Shown: piece after piece, positions 31,181 to 45,711 of the stretch
Position numbering within the stretch: the first letter of the stretch is position 1
How the letters are laid out: each line of letters opens with the position of its first letter
NCBI RefSeq assembly: GCF_009914755.1
Contig: NC_060927.1
Origin: the human T2T-CHM13v2.0 reference genome, Homo sapiens
DNA: 64,000 nt
Strand: one strand, 5' to 3'
Notes under the pieces: model-generated
Database searches by the model: none
Seen by the model: the letters and a program-made list of their open reading frames with translations, nothing else
What the model was told of the DNA's origin: nothing
Position numbers and translations under genes: made by a program

Positions 31181-32004
31181 TATATATTTTTTTAATAATA
31201 CAAATTGAATTATACCTGAGCAGTTACAAACTGTTTACACATAGAGCTTACAAATTGATTCACCCCCACAAATATGTGCTTGGCTTATATAGTTCTTTGG
31301 GATTTTTTTGGTTCATTTTAAAGAATTTGGTGCGAATATTTTATAAATTACAATATTATTACATAAAGATCCAAATTTCCTTGTGGCAACACAGCTGGCA
31401 TTCTGAGGTAGCAACGATTAACTGGAAGTAAGTAACTGCTGTCACTTGAGTTTTTCATACTTCTCATCCCACTGTACTGTAATCCATTCATGCCGCTTCA
31501 CCCATTTGCATTAACTGTCTTTGAGTGCAACTCTGGAATTACTCAGATCATTTTGCTATGTCAGTTCATATTTAAGCTACATAACTTAACTATATCTGGT
31601 GGCTGCATATTAGTCTGTCATCCATTAAACTAAGTTTTTGTCTTCTTCACAGGTGGTACACTAAGGCTTGAGTGTCTGGAGGCCCAGGATCTAGGCTACA
31701 CTTTCTCATTTACTGCCTCTCTGATCTTGAACAAAATACTTTGCCTATCTGGGCCTTAATTTTCCCTTCTATAAAATGATCTGTTAGAATTAGATGATTA
31801 ATAAGATCTTTTCTGATTTGATAAATTCATAACTTAGGTTAATGTCTGCAATGAGTAGCTTTTCTGGTCCCTAAGACCAGAATTTATTAGAGAATCGGTT
31901 AACTCAATCAGGATATATCCATGGAGTTTAAAATTAAATAGCTATTGAAAATGATATTGTATAGCAATGTTGATAAGGAAGGACGTCATCATATGTTTCA
32001 AGTT

Positions 32005-32200
32005 ATTTTTAAACTTTTAATTTTGAGATAATTTAGATTCACATGTAGTTGTAAGAAACAATATAGAGGGGTCCTGTGTACTCTTTTTCCGGTTTTCCCT
32101 AATGGTAACATCTTGCATAGCTATAGTACAATATTACAGAAATTTACATTGATACAGTCTACCAACCTTATTCAAGTTTCACCATTGTTACATGCACTCA

Positions 32201-32238
<38 letters not shown>

Positions 32239-32320
32239 GAGTTCTGACCAACTTTGTCACATGTGTAGATTTGTGTGGCCACCATCACAGTCAAAATACA
32301 GGACAGCTCTATCACAAGGT
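32005..32320 (-). mobile_element. L1MC-like 3' end with embedded (TG)n at 32203-32237
   Basis: TTTTGAGATAATTTAGATTCACATGTAGTTGTAAGAAA..AATGGTAACATCTTGCA. Confidence 0.7.
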
Positions 32321-34549
32321 ATTCAGAATATTTAAAGGAAAAAAAATCAACTAAGAAAATAGTATTATATGTATTTTTAAAAACAAACAGGACATGTAAG
32401 CACCAAGAAATTAAGCCTGGCTGGCTCTGAGTGCTGGGATGGTAGCTGACTTACATCTTCCTCTGTGCTGGTGTGTACATCCTCAGTGTTTTCCAGCGAC
32501 TGTGTCGGTAAGACATTTTTAGTCAGAAAACTGCGACTATTTTTCTAAGATATGGAGGTATTGCAGTAGGAACATTACATTTCAGAATGTACACATCAAC
32601 ATATGTTTTGTGTTATCACATTATGAGTTTATTTAAATCCATTTTTCCCCAGAGAAATGAAACAAAAAAAAGAAGGATTAATTATGACTTTCTACCACTC
32701 TAAGGAATTCTCAAAAGCCATGGGCCTCACAGTATGGCAAAAACTATTCTTCCAAGAAATGCAGGTATTCCTCAGGGAGGCACAGGGCCTGCTATTTTGT
32801 AGATGAAATGTATCTTTCTGGATAGTCTAGGTTTTCAAAGGCCTGTGAAGAAACACAGAAGAGTTGGGTTGAGATTCCTGAGAGCCTTGCTGGTCGTCTT
32901 TGAAAAAGGCTAGTCTGGCCTGGTTGTCATGACGGGAAGCTGTGCCCTCCAGCGATCCTCCCCTGTGGTCTGAGTGTTGTGCAGATGCTCCTTGGGTCTG
33001 CTCCAGCTATGATCCCCAATGACTGTGTCTTGAGGAAATGCCCAGGCTGCCTCAAAGACCCTTTCATGAGCTGCCACTAGCACTGGTCTGCTTCATCCCT
33101 TCTTTAGTGTGTCTTGGATGCAAACTGTTTCTTCGTGCAGGGAGAGGCAGTCACCTAGAACAGAAGAAGCCCCTGGAGTCAAGAGACTTCGACTTGGGTC
33201 CCTGCACTGGCAGTGTAACCCTTGCACATCACATAGCCAGTCCTGGCTTCAGTTACTTTCCCCACCTGGAGACTCGGGGTCGGCCCCTCTTCTGGGCTGG
33301 GCTGTGCTTTGGCATCATTGAGCTTCAACTTTAAACAGATCAGAGTGTCAATCTTTGCTCTAACACTCATGTGACTTTGGGCTGACTCCTCAGCCTGTTT
33401 CAGTTTTTAAAATATGTATTATAAAATTCATAATGCTAAGTCACAGCATTGTTGTAAAGAAAAATCCTATATAAACAAAATGCTTTGTCTCCTTGCTATT
33501 TCAAGTTGTAACAGTTGCATGGATTTTCCACACAATTTGGATGGTCTGTTAGTTAGATGGTCTGATTTAAAATGTAAGCTATATGGCATATGCAAGATTC
33601 ATTTTGGGAAGTACTAAGGAGCAACTAGGAGAGAAAAGTCATCATCTGCCCAACCATCTGATATTGAGGAATAAAAGGTGCATGTGCCTGCTGAGCTTAG
33701 GGACATACCTTGTGAGTTTGCATAATGCAAAAACAGAAAACAGCAACGGCAAAACCCAACTGTGTAGTATCAAATATGAACCCCATCCCCACCCCACCAC
33801 CTAAAATTCTCCAGGGCAAACTCTCCTAAAAGCAGACATTGATTTGTGATTATATTGCCTGGCATATGGGCCTCTCTCCATGGCATTTCCAAGGGTGAGA
33901 AGTGACTATAAGGGCAAACACACACTGAGCATTTACTGTGCTCCAAACACTGTACTAAGCACTTTACATGTTATATCTCTTTTACTCTTCACCATGCCAG
34001 AAGGTGGTTATTGTCATTACTCATCCTATGCAGAGAAGGAAGTAGCAGCCAGGGTTTATTTGCCTATCCCTGGGGTGAACAGGTAGTAGGTTAAATAAGT
34101 CTCTAAGCACAGTTAGTTACACAAGTCATTTAGCTGAGTGCTCAGAAACCAGCAGTAATTATTAATGAAGCTAGTTGGAAAGCAACTTATTCTAATACCA
34201 CATGAGAAATAGTCTTCTGTGCAAAATGTTAGTCTTTTGATTTTGTAGAGATTCAGAGAAGACATTATAGAAGAAAGGACATCTGAGCTGAGCACTGAAA
34301 AATAATTAGGATTTTCCTATGAAGACAAGAGGGTCAAGGTTTGTGTAGGGTGAAGGTGTAGAGGCAGCAAGAATGGTAGAAGCAAAGGCATAAAGGCAAA
34401 AGAGTGCAGGATGTGTTTGGAGAACTGCACGCGGTCCCAGGTTGCTAGAGCAGAGTACACTAGAGAGGAACTGCAGGAGGCCAGCCTGGGCTATCTGCAG
34501 ACCTCCTGGGGCTAGATTGGAAAAAAATCTGAAATTTATCTTGTGGGTC

Positions 34550-34890
34550 ACAGGCCTCAAATTGGTGAGCCTTTGATCACATCTGGCCAACATATATCTT
34601 TTGTTTGTACTATCCAGAGTTCTTTTATAAAAAATTTTGAATTATCAACATTTTAAAATATGATGTTTTTATCTAAATACCCAATTTCTGGCATTTCTTT
34701 AAAAAATGGAACTATTTGGCCATATTGATCCTCTCTTCAATATGGCAATATCATCTGGGGCTGAAAAGCCACTGCCCCTTTAGATAGCTTACTGCAGTTC
34801 CCACCCTTCCCTATTGTTGTGCTCAGGAAACTTCCCTCATTTATATTACCTGTCCATTTCCTGTAGGTGTATGAATTGCCAGTGACTGCT
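34550..34890. mobile_element. MER102-like hAT element (a related fragment lies at ~31240-31540)
   Basis: TTTCTGGCATTTCTTTAAAAAATGGAA..ATGGCAAT..CTGCCCCTTTAGA. Confidence 0.45.
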
Positions 34891-34962
34891 GTGGGCAATA
34901 TGGAGTCATTAAAGGCCATCTAAGAATGAATTATTATGTAGTTACTACCTACCCCTCTACTA

Positions 34963-35310
<348 letters not shown>

Positions 35311-35311
35311 C

Positions 35312-35810
35312 TAGTGCTGTGTTTACCAACATTTTAGCCACTTGCCAAATGTGGTTATTTAAAATGAAATTAAATAGAATTAAAATTGCAGTTCCTTAGT
35401 TACACAAGCCACATTTCAAGGGCTCAGTGGCTACATGTGGCTAGTGATGACCATGTTGGGAACAGATATAGAAATTCTCTTCACTAGTTAATGGATGCAG
35501 CACACCAACATGGCACATGTGTGCATATGTAACAAACCTGCATGTTGTGCACATGTACCCTAGAACTTAAAGTATAATAATATAAAAAATAAAATAAAAT
35601 AAAAATAAAAAATAAAAGGTACTGGGACAACTGGTTATCCTTACGATAAAAAGTAATATAGACATTTACCTCATTCCATTAAAAAAAAAAAAGTCTAGGA
35701 TTATGAGTCTGAGTATTAGAGGCAAAATAACAAAGCCTTTAGAAGATTAAAAAGAAAAGAAAAGAAATTCTCTTCACTACAGAGAGTTCTACTGGACAAT
35801 GTCATTCTAG
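35312..35810 (-). mobile_element. MER3 (hAT-Charlie) interrupted by an L1 insertion
   Basis: GCCACATTTCAAGGGCTCAGTGGCTACATGTGGCTAG; resumes CAGAGAGTTCTACTGGACA at 35780. Confidence 0.75.
35487..35762 (+). mobile_element. Very short L1PA5-like 3' end plus ~130-nt 3' transduction
   Basis: CCCTAGAACTTAAAGTATAAT, A-rich tail, extra sequence 35618-35748, second A-rich tail; perfect 17-bp TSD AGAAATTCTCTTCACTA at 35470-35486 and 35763-35779. Confidence 0.92.
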
Positions 35811-36114
35811 TGAGCAGCCAGGGCTGACAAACATTAAACAGTCAGAGGAATATACAACATAAAAGTAGCAACCGATTTGATTGGATGCATGCTGGAGGGG
35901 CTAGCTGCAACAGTGAAGGAAGCCTCATGAAGGATTTCAACTAGGATGGATAGGATTAGAATAGAGGAGAGAAAGTGGATAGGACATGAGTAAGGACTAA
36001 AGGGAGATTCTATTAGAACTGCTTTGGCTGCAAATTATAGAACAAATAGCTAACAGTAGCTTAAACAAATAGAGAACTGATGCTGACTCTCACTATATTA
36101 ATCTGAGAGTAAAC

Positions 36115-36611
36115 TGTATTAGCTTTCCATTGTCACCACAATAAATTACCACAAACTCAGTGGCTTAAAACAACACAAATTTATCATTTTACAGTTCTGT
36201 AATTTGGAAGTCTGACACAGATCTCACTAGGCTAAAGTCAAGATGTTGGCAAGACTGTGTTCCTTTCTGGAAGCTCTAGGGAGAATTCATTTCTTTGCCC
36301 TTCCCAGTTCTACAGGCTGCCCACCTTTGTTGGTTCACGGCCCTTTCTGGCATCTTTAAGCCAACAATCTCACATATCTCTGTGCCTTTCTTCTGTAGTT
36401 ATGTCTTCCACTGATTCTCTTTTTCCTCTCTAGTCTACTTTTAAAACCCATGAGATTGCACTGGGCCCACCCATATAATCCAAGATATTCTCACTCTTTT
36501 TTATTTATCTGATTTAGCAACTTTAATTTCTCTTTGCCATGTAACCTATTATTTTCTAAAGTTCTAGGAATTAGGACGTGAACATCTTTGCACATAATTC
36601 TGCACACCACA
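36115..36611 (-). mobile_element. MLT1D-like MaLR solo LTR
   Basis: TGTATTAG..AATTACCACAAACTCAGTGGCTTAAAACAACACAAATTTAT..CTGGGCCCACC.ATATAATCCA..CCACA. Confidence 0.8.
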
Positions 36612-38588
36612 TGGATGTTGGAACAAACTAATTGGAGAGCAACCCTGAAATTCCACTTTTGGGAATTATCCAAGAAAATAATAAGTATTATGCTTTGGAA
36701 TTGACGGCACAGATATTTATAACAGCAAAAAGTTAAAAGGAAAATCAATGCCTATGAAAAGGCTGGTAGTCAAACAAATTATTATTCATCCATATGATGG
36801 AAAGTGCCCAAGCCATATCTGTGTATTGATATGAATGGTGTCAATAATATGTCAAGTGAAAAACACAGAATATATTGAAAGTATTTGATACATATGTCAA
36901 ACTATTAATAGTAGTTATTTCTGAGAGTGGTCGATTTGGAATGTGAGAGATTTTCACTAGGTTATTGACACTTTTTATAATAATCATTGATTATCACAGA
37001 AAAAATTATGCCATGTCCTTTTAGGAATAAAAACCTCAAAGTTGTAAAGAACTGTTTGATCATGGCTGAATTATTTATTAGTAAGTACTTCTATTAACAG
37101 AAGTTGTTTTCTTTTTTTCCCAATTGTATCCAAACAATTAGGTCTAAAAGAAAAACAGGGCGCACTGCCATGAGGCATTGTGTGTGTGTCTGAATTCAAA
37201 AATCATATAAAATCTTTGTTTGCCGCTTTAATTATCTGACTCTTATGGGTTTTAATAATCTTCCAAATGCTGTTCCCATTTATTAGGCCAATGCATCAGA
37301 CTTCATTTCACTTAGAGTCTTGGAGTCCACTTGCTTGTCTCACTTATGAAATAGATTGCAGTTCTGAAACCTTAGGCAGCTTGACACATTCAACTTCAGG
37401 TCTTTAGACAGATGCATTCACGGTCTCAATGACAGACAATGAGAAAGGGCCTACTATGTGCTAGTCATGATGCACAGCAGGGACTGTCCTGGGAGGTAAC
37501 ATGTTAAGGGAGATACAAAATGAGTTAATTGCTGGATGTCAAAGAAGGCAGACTAGAGATTATCATACATGGAGGTGGCCTGACTGTCAGGCCTGCTAAA
37601 GTCTGGCTGTGATTTCTGTTCTTGATTCATGGGAGATATTCGTGTATTTTTCCCTTAAACTTCTTTCTTGCATTAGTTAGCTTGAATATATTTCCATTTG
37701 TAATAGTATATATCCTAATTAAGACAGTCAGCATTTCCCAGTTGTGTTTCTCAGAACTAGTGCTCTCTGTACTGTTGCTGGATGTTCTGCTGAAAGATCA
37801 CAGTATTAGAAAGATTCAGCAAAGGGCAGTGGCTAATTGTGCCACACCTAGGAGTTAAAGCAGTGCTCAGCCTGGACTCAAAGTCCACCCCAAATCCTCT
37901 CATAAGCAAGGAGACACAGCTGAACTGTGCATTTCCACTGTGCAAAGCAGCTGGTTCTGTTCACCCCAATCAACATCTCCACCTAATTTCAGACACCCTC
38001 CTACAACCCAGATCAACTGCTGAACTCACATAGTAATACTACCTGGCCAAGGAATGATCTTCCTGTGGTTTGGTCCAATCTGAGGTAATTGCAGTGCCTA
38101 CCCAGAAGCTCAGACTGATTGCAGAATTCAGCCAGTTGTCTCGCTGGATAGCAGAGCCTAGGTAGCTTCTCCATATGAACTCAGAGCAAAGGCAGCAGTC
38201 CAGGCATCTAGAGAACCTGAAAGCAAGTTCTAGCTCCTCAGGACTGTCACCAACTGGCCCACTTTGAATCATAGACTAGACTAAATAATGCAAGTGTATC
38301 CCTGCCAGAGCACATCTATAAAAGCTGGGAAAGGTGGCTGTTTCCTTTAATGCACAGATACCAATGCAAAGATGCAAGAATTGCAAAGATTCAGGAAACC
38401 ATTACACCTTCAAAAGAAACTAACAAAGCTCCAACAATAGGACCTAGGAAATGACAGGTGAAGAATTCAGAATAACCTTCTGAAAGATGTTCACTGAACT
38501 ACAGAATATATGGTCAAAAAATACAATGAAATTTTGAACAAAACATGAACACAACTAAGAGTTTGACAAAGAAGTAGATACAATTTTA

Positions 38589-39070
<482 letters not shown>

Positions 39071-39199
39071 CTAAAAATGCAATAGAAAACTTCAAAAGCA
39101 GGCATGATCAAGCTGAAGAAAAATATCAGTGAGCTTGAAGACAGAACATTTGAAATTACATTAACAGAGGAACAAAAAGAAAAAAGAATGAAAAAGCAA

Positions 39200-39385
39200 T
39201 GATAGTTAAAAATAATTTATTGTATATTTCAAAATAGGTTGAAGAGAACAATTGTAATTTTCCAACACAATGAAAAGATAAATTATTTGATCATTACACA
39301 TTGTATACATGTATCAAATATCTATGTATCCCCAAATTATGTACAGCTATATCAATTTTTTTAAATACAGAAAAAAGAAAAATAA
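39200..39385 (+). mobile_element. Short L1MA 3' end nested in the ORF1 of the older L1
   Basis: AATAATTTATTGTATATTTCAAAATAG..TTTGATCATTACACATTGTATACATGTATCAAA. Confidence 0.65.
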
Positions 39386-40594
39386 TAAAGCCTATGGGAA
39401 TTATGGAACACTATCAAGAGATTTAATCTACACATACTGGGAATTAAAGAAGGAGAAGAGATAAAGGGCCAGAAAGAATATTTTAAAAAATAATAGCTCA
39501 AAACTTCCCTAATCTGGAGAAAGATGCCAACATCCAGCCACAGGAAGTTTGAAAGTCTCCAATCACACTCAACCCAAAATGTTCACAAAGACACATAATG
39601 ATCAAACTGTTAAAAATAAAGACAAAGAAAAAATTATTAGAACAGCAAAATGTAAGAAACACATCACATACAAAAGGATTCCAATATAATTATCAGTGGA
39701 TTTCTCAGTAGAAGTCTTAAAGCCAGGAGGGAATGGAATGCAATATTCAGAGTGCTGAAAGAAAAAATACACCTACCAACTAAGAATACTCTACCCAGCC
39801 AATTAGTCTTTCTGAAATGAGGGAAAAATAAAAACTTTCCCAGATAAACAAAAGCCAAAGGAGTTTGTCACTACTAGGACTGCCTTGCAGAAATTGCTAA
39901 AAGGAGTCCTATAAGCTGAAATAAAAGGCTGTTATTTAATAAAATAAAAGTGATGAAGGCAGGAAATTCATAATAGCATTGTATGAAGCAATGTTATCCC
40001 TAGTACAAAGGTTAAAAGACAGAACTACTAACAACGGCTATAGCTAAAATAAATTGTCAAGGGATACATATTATAAAATGGTGTAAATTCTGATATCCAA
40101 AACATAACATGGAGGAAGGGAATAAAAGTATAGAGTTATATGCAATTGAAGCTAAGTTGTTATCTGGTTGATATTAAGTAGTATCAGTATAGGATGTTTT
40201 ATGTAAGCCTCACAGTAACCACAAAGCAAAAATGCATAATAGATGCATGAAATGAAAATAGGAACAATTCAAAGCATATAACAGAAAGCCCTCAAACCAC
40301 TTTGGAAGACAGCAAGAGAGGAAGACAGAAACAAAGTATATGCAAAAAAAAATCTCAAATAATATTATATCTCACTAAAATAGAAAAAGAGGAACAAAGT
40401 AAGCTCAATGTCAGAGGCAGAAAAAAGATAAACAAGTTCAGAGCAGAAATAAATGAAATAGAGATTAGAGAAACAATACAAAACATCAATAAATTTAAAT
40501 TTAAATTTTTTCTGAAAAGATAAACAAAATTGACAAACTTCTAGCTAGACTGAGAAAAAATGAGAAATGATTCAAATATATAAAATCAGAAATG

Positions 40595-40776
40595 CTCTAC
40601 CAAAAAATACAAAAAATTAGCCAGAGCTTGGTGGTGCACATCTGTGGTCCCAGCTATTCAGGAGGCTTGTGAGGTAGGAGAATCACTTGAGCCTGGAAGG
40701 CGGAGGTTACAGTAAGCCGAGATCACATCACTGCACTCCAGGCTGAGTGACAGAATAAGCCTCCATATAAAAAAAA
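40595..40776 (+). mobile_element. 5'-truncated Alu (linker + right arm)
   Basis: TSD AAAATCAGAAATG at 40582-40594 and 40777-40789. Confidence 0.9.
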
Positions 40777-43700
40777 AAAATCAGAAATGAAAGTGAATAC
40801 ATTAAAACTGATACCACAGAAGTACAAAGAATCATTAGAGACTATTATAAACAATTATATACCAAGACATTGGATAACCTAGAAAATACGGATAAATTCC
40901 TAGATACACACAACCTACCAAGACTGAATCATGAAGAAATAGAAAATCTGAACAGACCAACAACGGGTAATGAGATTGAATCAGTAATAAAAACACTTTC
41001 ATCAAAGAAAAGCACAGGACTTAATGACTTCATGGCTGAATTCTACCAAACATTGAAAGAACTAATACCAATCCTTCACAGACTTTTCCACAATATCGAG
41101 GAGGAGAGAACACTTCTAAACTCTAAGACCAGCATTATCCTGATATCAAAGCCAAACAAGGACATAACAAGAAAGAAAACTACTGCTCAGTATCCCTTAT
41201 GAATACAGATGCTAAAATCCTAAGCAAAATACTAGGAAACAGAATTCAACAACACATTAAAAGGATCATTCACCATGATTATGTGGGATTTATCCCTGAA
41301 AGGCAAGGATGGTTCAACATACACAAATCAAGAAATGTGGTACATCACACTAACAAAATGAAAAACAAAAACATGTTGTCATCTCATTAGATGCAGAGAA
41401 AGCATTTGGTAAAATTCACCATCTTTTCATGAGAAAAGCACTCAACAAATCAGGTATAGAAGAAGTGTATATCAACACAATAAAGGTCATATATAATAAG
41501 CTCAACGCTAACATTATACTTAATGGTGAAAAATTGAAATCCTTTCTTCCATAATCCATAACAAGACAAGGACACTCACTTGCACCACTTCTATTCAACA
41601 TTGTATTGGAAGGCTTTGCCAGACTAACTGGGCAAAAGAAAAAAAAGTAAAATGCACGCAAACAGATAAATAAAGAAGTGAAACTGTCACTCTTTGCGAC
41701 AATATAATCTTATACATTAAAAACCCTTAATGTTCTACCAAGAAACTGCTAGAATTAAGAAATGAATACAGTAAAGTTGTAAGATTAAAAAAAAAACACA
41801 CAAAAATCAGTAGTTTCTATACACCATCAATGAACTATCTGAAAAAGAAATCAAAAGAACAATCCCATTTACAATAGCTAGAAAAATAAATTATTTAGGA
41901 ATAAATTTAAATAAGGAAGTGAAAGACCTATACCCTGAAAACTATAAATGTTAATGAAAGATCTGAAGAAAATACAATTAAGTAGAAAGATTATCTTGTG
42001 TTCTTGGGTTAGAAAAAGTAATATTTTAAAATTTCCTTACTATATAAAGCTAACTACAGGTTCAATGTAATTTCTATCAAAATATCAAAGTTAATTTTTT
42101 GACAGAAATAGTAAAAACAATTCCAAATTTCATATGGAACCACAAAGACCTGAAATAGTCAATGCAATTATGAGCAAAAATAACAAAGCTGGAGGCATCA
42201 CACTGCATCATTTCAAATTATACTACAAAGCAGTAGTAATTAAAAGACCATGGCACCAGCATGAAAATAGACTCATCAACCAATGGAACAGAATAGAAGT
42301 GAAAAGATGGTGGTCAAAGGGTACAAAATCTCAGACAGGAAGAATAATTTTTTCTTCAATATTGTACAGTGTAGTGAATATAGTAAAGAATAATGCATTG
42401 TTCATTTCAAAATTGGTAGGAGAATAAATTTTATATATTCTAACCATAAAATTAATAAATATTGGAGATGATGAATATATTATCTTGGTTCAACTTTTTC
42501 ATGTTGTATTCATAAATAGTAACATTAATTTGCATTCTACAGGTATGTACAACCATAATTTGTCAACTTACAATTAAAATAAAATTTAAAAAATAAACTT
42601 ATAGAATTATTTCCTTCAAAGTTTTTCTAATATGCATGCATGCACACATATAAGCATATATATTTCATAATAAATAGAGGAAACTGACATGTAAAATGTT
42701 AGGCTATTTCCAAGAACAGCAAAAATAAAATAAAATAAAATCATGAGAGGCTGCACCCAATTCACCAATGCATGATATTAGTCTGTAAATTGATGCTTGA
42801 GACATACTTCCTAGCTCACTCTAGACTGGTATCCCATCCTACTGATCTCTGTTATGTTATGTTGCTTTACATTTTAACATATTTGTGATGTCACTTAACA
42901 TTTACTATATATTAACAGAATGAGCAAATGATAATAGTTTCTTGCCATAATGACTTTATCTGCAAGAACATTTTAATATTATTATGAATTATGTTTTATA
43001 AGCATTTGATGCTACAGCAATTCATTTTCATTTTAGGAGTTCTATGGTCAAATCTTGAATTGTTGGCTACAAATCAGAGATGCAAAGTTTAAGAAAGATG
43101 CTGATAGGTGTGTACATGAGAGTCATAAAGACAGTCTCACAATTACACATTACAGTGGTACCCAGGCCTGATCACAGACTGGACTCATCTGGGCAACCTC
43201 TGCTAAAATACAGATTCTCAGCCTCTAGATCAAATCTAATAAATGCGAGTCTCCTATGGAAGGAATCCAGAAACCTGTCTTGCTCAGATGATTCTTCTGC
43301 AGTATGTCCACAGACCTGGTTTATAACGTACAAGTATATTCTAGCTTGCCATAGTTGTAAAGAAAATTACACAAGATGAAAATAAATTAAGGCATTTACA
43401 GACTTGAAGGGTAGAGTGATGTAATAAAAATACAGCTCTTGTTGGAATATACAATAAATAATTATTATTATTACAGCATGTTTGATACTTGCTATTGAAA
43501 GTTACAGCCTAAAACACAGGCCTTAATCAAAGTCTGTTTAAATTATACCAGAAAATTGAAATGCACCCATCACTGCAACTTAGAGATAATTAACTATATT
43601 ATCCCAGTTGGTTTCATAAATCAGTGTAGCAGCTGTGAAAAGTGGCTTGGCCATATGTGCCAAGGGCCTGAAAAATATTTATCTTTGCACCAATAATTTT

Positions 43701-44194
43701 CACTGCTAGGTAGGTCCTCTAAAGAAATAATCAGAGAAGTGGACACATATTAATATTTAAATGTAGTTATTTCATTTACAATATCACAAAATGGAAAATA
43801 ACCAAAAAGGTATAACTGTAAGGAACTGTTTTAATAAATGATAATGTATACACATGCTCACATATTACAGTCATTACAATTACATTTATGACAAATATTT
43901 ACTGGCAAGGGAGAAAATACTGCACAGTCTAATGCTGAGGCAAAAGCTTTAACACTCAAGGGATGCCTAAAGCTGCTGAGTTTGCTACATATAATAGAAA
44001 GCTCTAAAAAGGAAGCCAGATTTTATTTATCTATGTAGGATGAGGGGACATGAACCGAAAGAAAATGCAAAAGAGTCAAAGAAAACACACTGGGAAATAA
44101 GGGGAAAAAATGAATTACGGGATAGATTGAGCATTTACAGAGACCTCCCCCACCCCACCCCCATTCTATCATACACACACGTCTAAAGATCTAG

Positions 44195-44656
44195 GCTAGT
44201 TGTTCTCAATCTTATCTGCACCTTGAAATAATCTTAAACATTCTGATCAATTCCCACCTATGAGTGAGAACATGTGGTATTTCGTTGAACAATGAGAATA
44301 CTTGGACACAGGAAAGGGAACATCACACACCGGGGCCTGTTGTGGGGTGGGGGGAGTGGGGAGGGATAGCATTAGGAGATACACCTAATGTAAATGACAA
44401 GTTAATGGTTGCAGCACACCAACACGGCCCATGTATACATAAGTAACAAACCTGCACGTTGTACACATGTACCCTAGAACTTAAAGTATAATAAAAATAT
44501 ATATATTAAAAAAAAGAAATAATCTTAAACATTCTGATCTGTGTCTCTATCAAGCCCATTAAATCATAGTCTCTGGGAGTTAAAACCCAGTCATCAGGTG
44601 CATTTTTTTAAAGTTCCCTAGATGACTCCGATATGCAGCCAAGTTTGGGAACCTGA
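44195..44656. mobile_element. MER5A-like hAT MITE interrupted by an L1
   Basis: TTGTTCTCAA..CTGCAC; GATGACTCCGATATGCAGCCAAGTTTGGGAAC. Confidence 0.6.
44249..44515 (+). mobile_element. Tiny L1PA5-like insertion with 5' inversion (twin priming)
   Basis: Antisense L1 ~44247-44286, then sense 3'UTR and tail; 24-bp direct repeat GAAATAATCTTAAACATTCTGATC at 44225-44248 and 44516-44539. Confidence 0.92.
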
Positions 44657-45584
44657 TTAAAGACATTTAACAGTGAGAACTCACCCCTTGTGCAGTACAA
44701 GGAAGGGGTGTAATTAGGTCATAGCATTGAGTATTTCTTTTCTCATTCCATTATCCTGCCCTATCAGTAGAGCTTTGAAACAATATCTGGAGCCCTTCAG
44801 TGAATAACTGCTTAAATTTTCATCCAACTTATATCCTGGGAAAGAGGAGTGCAGTTTTACCAAAGCCCTCCCACTTTAGAAGCCACCCTTATCATGGATA
44901 AGAGCTAGAAAATGAGCCAGGCTTATCCTCTTAATAGTCCCCTCCCCAAAGGTAGCTAAAGACATGTCCTGGGGAGTCCAGCTAAGTTTCAGGCCTTAGC
45001 CTGCCATTAGGGTTACAGCCACATTGATTTACAAATTCCCTATTATGTTAGATTTACAAGAGTCATTTCATAGTCCCCAAACTGGTCCCAAGTGCACAAA
45101 CAAGCTTGGAATTCAACATTTCAAACTCCAGGATAACATATCCACTTTGCCCTTTGCTTCAGTAGAATAATTGGATCTTTGTCATAAGGAACAATTGCAC
45201 TCGTGTTAGTACAAAGAAATATTGGAAAGATGGCTCAATAGCAATATGAATTAATGAAATAAACTGAAAATTGTTGTAAAGTGGAGATTCATTGCTCCCC
45301 TAAATGAAGACTTGCAAACTGGCATTCCTATGCCACATCAAGCCCAAAATGTATTATGGTAAGCACACACAATATTTACAAAAAAATTGAATTTAAATCC
45401 CTTTAAAGGAGGTGTGCAGTCTCCATCCCATCCCATCACAGTCCTCACTACTACCCCCAGGCCACTTGAAGCATTTGTGTGACATGCTTAGCCTCAACTG
45501 TCGTTGAGTGTCTGGTTGATGACCACCAAACTCTCTGTTTCTTGGTATTTTTGGAACTTGTGGGGGTGATTTGGCTTCTTTTTC

Positions 45585-45711
45585 CCTTTTTGTGGAGAAC
45601 GGGATCTCACTATGTTGCCCAGACCTGTCTTGAACTCCTAGGCTCAAACTATCCTCCCTCCTCTGCCTCCCTAAGTGCCGGGATGATAGGCATGAGCCAC
45701 TGTGCCAGGCC
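45585..45711 (-). mobile_element. Alu left monomer (FLAM_C-like)
   Basis: TCTCACTATGTTGCCCAG..TTGAACTCCTAGGCTCAA..ATGAGCCACTGTGCCAGGCC. Confidence 0.8.
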
